This document shows positions 1 through 9,100 of a stretch of DNA of 64,000 bases, one piece after another. The stretch is from a virus (taxonomy: Duplodnaviria > Caudoviricetes): IMG/VR virus record IMGVR_UViG_3300028833_000077; one strand, given 5' to 3'. Each line of letters starts with the position of its first letter. Position 1 is the stretch's first letter. The translations under genes were made by a program, and so were the position numbers. The notes beneath the pieces were generated by a model. The model had not been told where the DNA came from. It made no database searches and saw nothing but the letters and a program-made list of their open reading frames with translations.

Positions 1-1
1 G

Positions 2-580
2 GGACTGCTGCCATGTGACCTCATCAGTATCATTCAGGTGAGGGACAAGGATTCCCATATCTGCCTAAGAGCCATGACGGACAGTTTCAACCTAGGATTG
101 AGGGAGCACCATGTTCCTGAGAGGCACTACCATCCTAACACAGGAGACATCCATAATGCCTACATACCTCATCCCCATCATCACCATGGAGAGATGACCT
201 TCAAGACCCAAGGGAGAGTCATATACACCTCTTTCCCTGAAGGTGTTGTAGAGATTGCCTACAAGGGCATACCAGTGGATGAGGATGGCTTCCCACTGTT
301 GATAGACAATGAGACTTATCTTGCTTGTCTGGAAGCCTACATCAAGAAGCAGGTGTTCACAGTGAAGTTTGATACAGGAAAGCTTGCTGCCCCCATACTG
401 CAGAATGCCCAGAGAGACTATGCATTGCTTGCTGCCAATCTACAAACTGAGCTCACAACACCCTCGGTGAATCAAGCCGAGGCATACAGTAGAATGATGA
501 CACACCTGATACCAAGGGTGAGGGAGTTTGATAATTCTTTCCGTGATGTAGGCAGTCGTGAATATTTAAAAAGGCACTAG
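2..580 (+). CDS. crAss-like tail tubular/ring protein, 5'-partial (frame open to window edge)
   Basis: Frame is open from nt 2 (GLLPCDLISIIQV...). Motifs 'IYTSFPEGVVEIAYKGIPVDEDGFPLLIDNE' resemble crAss tail ring proteins; lies just upstream of the tail stabilisation gene. Confidence 0.75.
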   Translation, partial: GLLPCDLISIIQVRDKDSHICLRAMTDSFNLGLREHHVPERHYHPNTGDIHNAYIPHPHHHHGEMTFKTQGRVIYTSFPEGVVEIAYKGIPVDEDGFPLLIDNETYLACLEAYIKKQVFTVKFDTGKLAAPILQNAQRDYALLAANLQTELTTPSVNQAEAYSRMMTHLIPRVREFDNSFRDVGSREYLKRH

Positions 581-581
581 C

Positions 582-1736
582 ATGGATAGATATACAGTAT
601 ATAAGCATACTTCTCCCACCAATAAAGTATATATTGGTATTACAAAGAATAAAAAAGCTAGAAACAGGTGGAAGTATGGTCATGGCTATAAGCATAATGC
701 ATATTTTTACAATGCTATTAAAAAGTACGGATGGAACAATATCAAACACGAAATACTGGCTACTAACCTTACCTTAGAAGAAGCCTCTATTATGGAAAAA
801 GAGCTTATTGCTCTATATAAAAATAAAGGTGTTTGTTATAATATAGCTGAGGGAGGTACTGATGGAAATACTCAAAAGAGGACTGAGGAAGAAAAACAGC
901 ATCTTAGTGACTACTTCAAAGAGTATTGGAAAACTCATGAAAATCCTTTCAAAGGCAAACATCATAAAGAAGACAGTTTAGCTGTAATGAGAGAAAAAAA
1001 CAAAAAGCGTTGGAAGGATAACTATGCTAAGATGTATGCGCAGGTAATTGTAAAAGTGAGAATTGGAGTATTTAATATCCTAACACACGAATATCAAGAG
1101 TTTGCATCAGAAAAGGAAGCAGCAGAAAGCTATGGGATAAGCGAAACTACATTTAGAAGGCATGTTAACAATGGTAGTATCTACAAAAATTTTATTTTTA
1201 TTCCTATAGATACTCTATCTTTTGAGGAAGCTCTTATTAAAGCATATAATAGAGAAAAAATGAATATCCATTGTGGAGGGCAAGAGATTGCAGTAGTGCA
1301 ATTAACTTTGGATGGTCAATATGTAGCGACTTATCCTTCCATTAAACAGGCTGCTATAGAAACAGGTTTGGATGATACTGGAATAGGTGAGTCATGTAGA
1401 GGTAATAGAAAACAATCATCTGGTTATTTTTGGATGTTTGAGTCTAAATACTTACATTATAAGGAAGAAGGAAAGCTTGAGTCAGAAATAAAAAAGATGA
1501 AGGAGGATTTAAATAAGCGCAAAGAAATACATGGTACTTATATTTTACAGTCAACAGTAGAGAATATACCTGTAGAAGTCTATATAAGTGGTAAGAGTAT
1601 TACAAGGAAACATGGATTTGATAGTAGTACTATCAGTAAATGCTGCAGGGGAATATTCCATAAAATGTATGGTTATAAATGGGAATACATAACAAAAGAA
1701 GAGTATGAAAAATTTAAGACTATCTTGGCAGCATAA
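582..1736 (+). CDS. Free-standing GIY-YIG homing endonuclease with NUMOD3/NUMOD1-like DNA-binding repeats
   Basis: 'YTVYKHTSPTNKVYIGIT...R...E...YN' GIY-YIG core; 'NPFKGKHH' and repeated 'S..EAA...G...I..CC.G....G..W' modules; visibly more AT-rich than its neighbours. Confidence 0.9.
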   Translation: MDRYTVYKHTSPTNKVYIGITKNKKARNRWKYGHGYKHNAYFYNAIKKYGWNNIKHEILATNLTLEEASIMEKELIALYKNKGVCYNIAEGGTDGNTQKRTEEEKQHLSDYFKEYWKTHENPFKGKHHKEDSLAVMREKNKKRWKDNYAKMYAQVIVKVRIGVFNILTHEYQEFASEKEAAESYGISETTFRRHVNNGSIYKNFIFIPIDTLSFEEALIKAYNREKMNIHCGGQEIAVVQLTLDGQYVATYPSIKQAAIETGLDDTGIGESCRGNRKQSSGYFWMFESKYLHYKEEGKLESEIKKMKEDLNKRKEIHGTYILQSTVENIPVEVYISGKSITRKHGFDSSTISKCCRGIFHKMYGYKWEYITKEEYEKFKTILAA

Positions 1737-1825
1737 AGTATCTGAGGAAGCATTGATGCTTACCAGAATTACTATAAGTGCCTTAGTAAAAGGCTTAACC
1801 TCCTCAGTCTGAGGAATTAAATGAA

Positions 1826-1833
1826 TAACTTTG
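1826..1833 (+). promoter_or_regulatory. Bacteroidota sigma-A-type -7 promoter element TAACTTTG
   Basis: Matches TAnnTTTG, intergenic, 35 nt before the ATG at 1868. Confidence 0.6.
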
Positions 1834-1867
1834 TTGCTGAAATTGATAACTGATAAAAATAGATAAT

Positions 1868-3547
1868 ATGAGTACGACAACAAGTGACCTCTTGAACAGA
1901 GCCAATATAATCAAGAATGAGACTCTTGAGGGCAAGAACTCTGCTGTACGTGTGGGCAGTCTGTTTTGGGACATTATCTCAAAGATGGAAGGCAACACCA
2001 GCAAGCTCTCAACCCTTGAGGAACTCATCAACTCAGGTGGTTCAAGATACAGCAATGTGAGGGTGACTCCAGTGTATACGAATGGTGTCTTGATTGCTAC
2101 CATCAGGGTAGGTGTTCAGGACTATGCCATCTATGCACCAGGCAAGGGTGGCTCTGGTAGTGATTCTGATTCAGATGGCTATGATGACAGGGAACTCCGC
2201 AGGGAGATTGACTTGATTAAATCCAATCTTGACAATATCCTTGAGAGGGAGAAAGCAGGCATCAAGGATATGGTTGAAGAAATCCTTGCTGGCAAGAACT
2301 TCATCAGTGGCTGGCAGGCAGGATGGTATGAAACACTCAAGAGCTACCTTATCTCTGTAGGCGTCCTTGGAGCTGACGGAGTAAGCAAAGGCTGGGCATA
2401 CCTTGATACCAAATACAACGACCTTGAGGCAGCAGTTAATAGCCTCAGGAGAATCGGTGAGGACAATCAAGGTCTTTATGAGACTCTGCAGTCACAGTTG
2501 AATCTTTTCATCCAGAATGAATTTGGTGAATTGAGTACTGCTGTTGGAGAGCTTAAAACAAGATACGCATTGACTGCTGATGATAAGACTGTATTGAAGT
2601 GGTTGACTGCCCAGCTTAGGGTTCAGGCAGGTGCGAATGGCTCACTTGCACAGCTGTTTGCTACTGCTAGTGACAAGGCTCGTTTGCAGGATGCTTTGGC
2701 ACTTCTTGAGGCCAGAGTGGATGATATAGAAGGAAACTATGTGTCTACAGCTCGTCTTATTGCTCAAGTAAGGAATGAGATAGATGGTCGTATCAGTACT
2801 GGCGGTCTTATTACAACTGCTTCTCTTGATAGGGCAGTCACAACTCTCTTTGCTGAGAGTGGAGACAATACATCCAGTGCAAGGGCTGCAATAGACCTGA
2901 TAGTTGAGAATGGTATTTCCAGCATTGTGGAAAGGGCTGACATTATACAGGCTATAGCTAACAGGATTGTGATTGACGGCTCACAGATAGACATTACAGC
3001 TGACCAGATCAATGCTGCAATGGAAAGTCTTAGGGTTAAAGTATCGGACATCATTATTGGAGATGGTAAAAGACAGGGTTCTGACTATTATGACCGTATG
3101 TTAATACATACCTACAAGGAGCCAGGTAGTGATAAGATTCTTGGCATGGAGCTTCTGTTTGGTAATTTCCAAATAAACAATGCAGGAGATGTTACTATGT
3201 CTAAGCCCGGTCTTAGGTGCAGATTTAACTACTACTACTTGGATGCTCCCAAGATTGTTTCTAGCCAAATCATGCTTCCAACCCAGAACCTAAACGGTCC
3301 TTCCTATCTGGATTTCAATAAAGATAGTGTTATCAGGTGGTTTAATACTGTAGGAAATCCAGAGACAAATCAGACTGGAGACGAGTATGGCATTGATGCA
3401 AATGGCAACATGGGAACCAATGAGACTGATGGTGCTGTATTAACTGATAAGAGTACAGTAGGCAATAGTGCCAATGGTTATATTACCTTTGAGGGAGATA
3501 CCATTGTCATACATGGTAACCTCAAAATAAATGATAGAACCATATAA
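1868..3547 (+). CDS. Putative tail fibre/spike-type virion protein (coiled-coil middle, beta-rich C-terminus)
   Basis: N-terminal 'LLNRANIIKNET.EGKNSAVRVGSLF' resembles Bacteroidota phage structural proteins; helical middle; beta-rich end 'ITFEGDTIVIHGNLKIN'; lies in the tail module. Confidence 0.5.
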   Translation: MSTTTSDLLNRANIIKNETLEGKNSAVRVGSLFWDIISKMEGNTSKLSTLEELINSGGSRYSNVRVTPVYTNGVLIATIRVGVQDYAIYAPGKGGSGSDSDSDGYDDRELRREIDLIKSNLDNILEREKAGIKDMVEEILAGKNFISGWQAGWYETLKSYLISVGVLGADGVSKGWAYLDTKYNDLEAAVNSLRRIGEDNQGLYETLQSQLNLFIQNEFGELSTAVGELKTRYALTADDKTVLKWLTAQLRVQAGANGSLAQLFATASDKARLQDALALLEARVDDIEGNYVSTARLIAQVRNEIDGRISTGGLITTASLDRAVTTLFAESGDNTSSARAAIDLIVENGISSIVERADIIQAIANRIVIDGSQIDITADQINAAMESLRVKVSDIIIGDGKRQGSDYYDRMLIHTYKEPGSDKILGMELLFGNFQINNAGDVTMSKPGLRCRFNYYYLDAPKIVSSQIMLPTQNLNGPSYLDFNKDSVIRWFNTVGNPETNQTGDEYGIDANGNMGTNETDGAVLTDKSTVGNSANGYITFEGDTIVIHGNLKINDRTI

Positions 3548-3575
3548 TCAAAGCTATATAAAGGAAGAGTAGAGT

Positions 3576-4025
3576 ATGAAGAAGAATGTAAGGACAGAAG
3601 TGATTTCAAATGCCTACGAGCTTATAGGCAGTGCAGACTACAAGAGCTTATCAGATAAGGACAAGATTGCCCTCTGGAAGATTTCCAGACTGATGAAGCC
3701 CATAGCAGTCAAGTTCCTTGGGGACAAGAGTGATGCCATCAAGAGCTTCATCACTCCAGAGTTTGCAGAGGCATTCAAGAAGTTCCAAGGATTCAAGACA
3801 TCAGGTGAAAACCTTGAGAGTGAGGAATACAAGGAATGTGCCCAGACAGTGTTGAAGGCCAACCAGCTGATGGAGGCTGCCTTGGGAGAACTGGCAGACA
3901 AGGAGGTTGAGGTTGAGTTTGAGCCACTCAGTGAAGGTGCTGTAAGCTCATTGCTGTTAGGTAATAACTGGCCTCTTGCAAAGGCAGAGTTCCTTGAGTG
4001 GATGATTGAAGATAGTGATCTCTAA
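3576..4025 (+). CDS. Hypothetical protein (possible fibre-associated chaperone)
   Basis: Intact 149-aa helical ORF directly after the putative fibre gene and before a terminator. Confidence 0.6.
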   Translation: MKKNVRTEVISNAYELIGSADYKSLSDKDKIALWKISRLMKPIAVKFLGDKSDAIKSFITPEFAEAFKKFQGFKTSGENLESEEYKECAQTVLKANQLMEAALGELADKEVEVEFEPLSEGAVSSLLLGNNWPLAKAEFLEWMIEDSDL

Positions 4026-4043
4026 TACTTGCGCACAGGATGG

Positions 4044-4088
4044 GAGGGAATCTGCATGACTGACAGGTGATGTAGGTTTCCTCTTTTT
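4044..4088 (+). terminator. Intrinsic terminator
   Basis: GAGGGAATCTGCAT...ATGTAGGTTTCCTC stem (with G-U pairs) followed by a T run. Confidence 0.6.
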
Positions 4089-4112
4089 AATCAGAATCAA
4101 AACATTACGACA

Positions 4113-6173
4113 ATGGAGATAAATGGAAAGACCCTAATACTGGAACCAGGTGAGGAACTGACCATCAAGGTCAGGGCCAATCAGCCTATGCCAGAACCTG
4201 AAGTACCTGAACAGCCTGAAGACCCTTCAGGAGCAATCAGCTTCCCTGACCTCATCGAGGAGTTCAACCTTGTGTTGGAGAAATATGGCTTCAATGCAGT
4301 GTTTGAAGGTACTGAGACTTGGGTATACCTCAAGGAGATGTATGATGCAGCTCTGGATGAATGGAACACCAATGCCCATGACTTCCTCAGTGAAAAGACA
4401 TATCCTGAGGTGTATGACTATCATGGAGACAATGACAGCTATGAGAAGAACTTCCTCACACTGAATGCCATGACCTCATGGCTGATGGCTATGTGCCTTA
4501 CTGAGATTGTACCTCTCTACAGTGAGTCTTACAACTCACAGACAGCATTGTTCCGCGAGGCATTTGACTTGGGCGGAGGAATAACAGTCGCACTCTATGA
4601 TGAGTATACAGTCAAGGGAGACCCCATGATTGCAAGGCTAGCAGCAGGATGTGTGTATGCCACTATCAGGGGTACTAAGACATTCAGCTACATTGACCTC
4701 TTGAGAGAAGAGCTTGGTGGGTTGCCCATCAGTGGTTCCTCATGGGAGGACTTGGGATACACCAATACCATGCTGACAGATGACTTGGGTAGAAGAGGCT
4801 ATATGATGCAGAATCTGGGATACCTTGTCAACACTCAGGTATTCCTTCCCAATGCTCCAGGCCCAAGAATTGAAGGTACTACAGTGTGTGAGCTGGCACA
4901 GCCTTGGGAGGATGGGCAGCCTTCATGGCAGTATCATCTTGCTACTGGCAACTACTTGGCTGATGAAGCCATCAACAGGCATATGGTAGACCATTGGAAC
5001 ATGATGGCACAGACTCCATTGTCAGAGTGGAACAGCTACTCTGATGAGAAGAAGGACAGGCTCATCAATGCGGCAGCCACAGTTACCTGTACCTATAATT
5101 ATATGTTCGGTACACCTAAGCCTGTAATCCTTGTGCTTGAGAACAACAGACTTCCTGTTGTTGATGGCTATCCAAGGTATGTGTTTGAGGAGGATGCTGA
5201 CAGCAACCTTGTCATTGACGGACCATTCTCTGACTTGGCAGGAATATACAGATACAATGCAGATGGGAATGAAACCACTGAGGAGATGTTCCTCAAGACA
5301 GTGCTTGACATAGCAGACAACTGCAGGTTCCCAACCCAGGATCCTAACTACGGAAGATGCAGACCTGGTTGCAGACCTACTAGGGAAGGTGGAGAGCTCG
5401 GCAGTACACATGGTGCTGCGGAGAATGAGATATACAACATCTCCATTGCCTCCATTGTAGCTGACAATGATGCCCAAAGGGATAAGATTGCAGGTGAGGA
5501 TGGATGGGCAGCAGACTCTCCAAGGAGCTATGTGTCTGGCCATTCAGCACAAATCATCACCATGGCACTCATGCTGGGGCAGATGTCACCAGACAAGATG
5601 CAGTACTACATGAGGAGGGCCTATGAGTACTCAGTCAATAGGAGCATTGCAAGGTTCCATTGGAACAGTGACTGTATCCTTGGAAGGCTCTACGGTACCA
5701 TGATATTGCCCATACTCAATGCCATGGAGGGACTTCATGATGGATATGAGGCAACCAAGAGAGCTGTTGTGAATGGTGTCCAAGGAGATGTCAAGTTCAA
5801 GCTTACCATAGAGAATACCACTCCCAATGATATAACCCTTGATGGGGATATGGTGTTTGTGCTTGCCAACCCTGACAAGAAGGGCAACTATTATGGATGG
5901 GAAGGTGCATACAACAGGACAGGACACATCAGATTCTGCTCTTCTGCTGTCACCATTCCTGCTGGAGGCTCCAAGGTGTTCAGTGTGGATGCCACTAACT
6001 CAGAGATTGCCTTGAGAGGCAGGAACTGTCTTGTCCCTGACTTGCTCCCAGTGGCAGACAGGCCAAGGAATATATTGCTGTATGTAGACGGCAACTCAGA
6101 GGCTGTGTTGGCAGACAACATGGATCCAGACATTGTGTTTGAGGATGGAGGTAACTATAAGCTGACCATATAA
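4113..6173 (+). CDS. PAP2-superfamily (class A non-specific acid phosphatase/PhoN-like) protein with C-terminal beta-sandwich
   Basis: Catalytic motifs 'RCRP' (5355-5366), 'SYVSGHS' (from 5526) and 'NRSIARFHWNSD' (5637-5672) match the PAP2 motifs RP / PSGH / SRx5Hx3D. Confidence 0.8.
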   Translation: MEINGKTLILEPGEELTIKVRANQPMPEPEVPEQPEDPSGAISFPDLIEEFNLVLEKYGFNAVFEGTETWVYLKEMYDAALDEWNTNAHDFLSEKTYPEVYDYHGDNDSYEKNFLTLNAMTSWLMAMCLTEIVPLYSESYNSQTALFREAFDLGGGITVALYDEYTVKGDPMIARLAAGCVYATIRGTKTFSYIDLLREELGGLPISGSSWEDLGYTNTMLTDDLGRRGYMMQNLGYLVNTQVFLPNAPGPRIEGTTVCELAQPWEDGQPSWQYHLATGNYLADEAINRHMVDHWNMMAQTPLSEWNSYSDEKKDRLINAAATVTCTYNYMFGTPKPVILVLENNRLPVVDGYPRYVFEEDADSNLVIDGPFSDLAGIYRYNADGNETTEEMFLKTVLDIADNCRFPTQDPNYGRCRPGCRPTREGGELGSTHGAAENEIYNISIASIVADNDAQRDKIAGEDGWAADSPRSYVSGHSAQIITMALMLGQMSPDKMQYYMRRAYEYSVNRSIARFHWNSDCILGRLYGTMILPILNAMEGLHDGYEATKRAVVNGVQGDVKFKLTIENTTPNDITLDGDMVFVLANPDKKGNYYGWEGAYNRTGHIRFCSSAVTIPAGGSKVFSVDATNSEIALRGRNCLVPDLLPVADRPRNILLYVDGNSEAVLADNMDPDIVFEDGGNYKLTI

Positions 6174-6187
6174 TTTTTAAAGACGGT

Positions 6188-9100
6188 ATGAAGAAGCAGG
6201 TTGGATTCAAGACCAAGGGAATGAATAGGGACATGAGTGTCTCTGCATTCAATCAGGAGTTTGCCTTTGAGAACATGAACCTCAGGCTCTCCACCAATGA
6301 AGGCAACACTCTCATGAGCTGGGTGAATGAGAAGGGCACAAGTCCCATCACCATTTCCAGAGGCATAGTGGGAGTGGAGAATTTCATCAATGGGTGTGTG
6401 GTAGGCACTGCTGTACTCAATCATTTCCTTATACTGTTTCTGACGAAGTGTTGGGATGAGGGCACCAAGGACTATTATGACTCCATCGTAAGGCTTAAGT
6501 ATGAGGGGACGGACAAGAACAGCATGGTAGCCAAGGTGTTGTACAGTGGTCTTGAGAAGGGCAATCTGGGTTTCATGGTGGAACATCCTCTTGAGACCCT
6601 TGTGTCCTTTGAGAGTGACCATATCCAGAAGGTGTACTGGACAGACGGCATCAACCAGCCTAGGCTCATCAACATTGCCCCAGAGAATGATGGGCACATA
6701 GGCAGATACACCAACACTTCCTTTGACTTTATACCGACCCTACAGCTGAATGAGGACATCCATGTAAAGAAGATACTTGGCGGAGGGGGAATGTTCGCAC
6801 CTGGTGTCATCCAGTATGCCTTCACCTATTATAATAGATATGGGCAGGAATCCAATATATTCTATACTACACCACTGTACTATATCTCTTATGCTGATAG
6901 GGGAGCCTCTCCTGAGGACAAGGTGGACAATGTGTTCAGGATTACTGTAGACAAGCCAGACAGCAACTTCGACTACCTGAGGATATACTCCATCCAGAGG
7001 ACAAGCATCAACAGCACTCCAATGTGCAAGAGGATTCAGGACATTGAGGTGGCTGAAGAACCTAAGAGCGTCAGCTTCACGGATACTGGAACAGCAGGTG
7101 ATTCCATAGATCCTACAGAACTTCTCTACAAGGGGGGACATGGTATTCTTGTAGGCACTATGGAGCAGAAGGATGGAACACTGTTCATGGGAGACATTGT
7201 CACACCTAGCATCAAACATCCTAAGGCAGGGGTCAGCTTGGAGACATCCACAAGGACATTCTATCCCAATGTAGTGTCTACCGACAGCTATGAGTATGCT
7301 AATCAGCTTACCTCATATAAAGATGCCACCAAAGAGGAGAGTGTTCCATGTGCAGGCTTCAAGAAAGGCAACTTCTATAGATGTGGTGTGCAGTTCCAGG
7401 ATGAGCATGGTAGGTGGAGTGATCCTGTATTCCTTGAGAATGTGGAGATAGACATCTCGCCTGAGGCTGTCACCAATGTCAAGGAGGAACCTGAGGGAAC
7501 CTATGACTTTGAACTACGTGAAGTCATCATAGCCAACAACAGCCAGTATCCTCTTGTAATCTCCAACATAGCCAAGTTCGCATTGGTTGGCAAGGATGGG
7601 AAGTTCGTGTTTACAGTGAAATTGGGAAACTTTGACTCTCGCACTATAGAGTCAGGTATGCAGGATGTGTATAACAAGGCAGTCATACTGGATGCCAAGA
7701 AGTACAGTGGCCTCAAGTTCTGCACAAAGGATGAGTACACCAAACTAGGCATGGAGAGCAATGTGTCACTCAAGGCCTATGGTTCCAAGAGAGGATATGT
7801 CCTTACACCCATTACAGCAGGAACTGCCATCAACAGCAGTTCTACCTACACGATTGAATGTACGGAATCATTTGATCCTGCACCTCAGGAAGTGCCGTTT
7901 GATGAGGACTTGGATGGACTGTTGATGTACTTCAATCCTATACTGAAGGCAGCAGGCACCAAAGAAATCACCAATACAGCCACTCCATTGACTTATGCCT
8001 ATCTTAAGGCGGCCTATGACTTGGCAGACACTGAATGGAGCAGTAATGCCCACTCGTTCTTCAGTGCAACAACATATCCTGAGATATACAACGGCAGTGA
8101 CTATCGTGGGACCAATGACACCTATGAAAAGAATGGTACAAGCCAGTTGGCCATGCAGTCTTGGCTGGTAGCCATGTGCCTGTCTGAATTGGCACCTACT
8201 TCAGGAACCAATACCAACACACAGACGGAATTGTTCAAGAAGGCCTATAATTTGATTGATGGCTCTGGTGATGGGAAGAAAGTTCCCCTCTATGGAGGTT
8301 ACACCTTGAAGGGAGACCCTATGATTGCCAGATATGCTGCAGGAGCCATATATGCCCTCAACAGGGCACCCAAGAGTTTCTCCGACATGCAGCAGATGAG
8401 GACTGAGCTCTGGGGAGACAATGCAGATCATTCCATCAATGCCAGTGACTGGTCAGGACTGGAATATTCACCTGACAACTACAAGTTGTCCATGGAGAAT
8501 CTCGGCTATCTTGTCAACACTGATGCTTTCCTGCCAGGGGCATTCGGGCCTTGGGCATCAGGAGAGTTCTACAGTAGCTTCCCCTATGGACAGTCTTCAG
8601 ACCAGTACTACAACAGTCCTACAGAGGCAGGTAGGTTCTGGGAAGCCAATAACTACAAGGTGGATGTCAATATAGACAATACCATTACAGATACCCTGAA
8701 TGGTTATATAGCATATTCTCCTGATGGCAATGGGGGCTATACCTTTGCAGGAAATAAGGAGAAGCTCCAGAGGCTTTTTGAGTCTGCTGTCATAGGAAGG
8801 GCCACTGACTTTGTGTTCTTCGGTAGGAAAAGACTGAAGTACACTAATACTATAGCAGCTACATTGGTAGGACATAATGTGTCACTGCATCGTTTCAGTG
8901 AAACTGATGATAGTATTGCCGATAGTAATGTCTATGAATATACAGGCCCATTCTATTCTGAGCAGCTTCAGGACTATCTGTTCAGCAACCAGGGAACCTA
9001 TACGGCTACAGCTGAAGGCAGTAGCATCACTCAGGAGCTGACTTTCTATGAGAGGAAATCTCCCATGCTGTTCTTGGATGTTGTCAAGGACATTGCCGAC

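Noticed and set aside
582-1736. GIY-YIG ORF as part of a group I intron
   Set aside because: The upstream gene ends normally, no second exon follows and no P7 (R/S) elements are visible in the flanks.
4113-6173. Vanadium haloperoxidase rather than phosphatase
   Set aside because: Same superfamily and not excluded, but the 'SYPSGH...AL.L....P......AY.(F/Y)..NR.....HW.SD...GR..G' spacing looks closer to class A acid phosphatases. Needs a phylogeny or assay.
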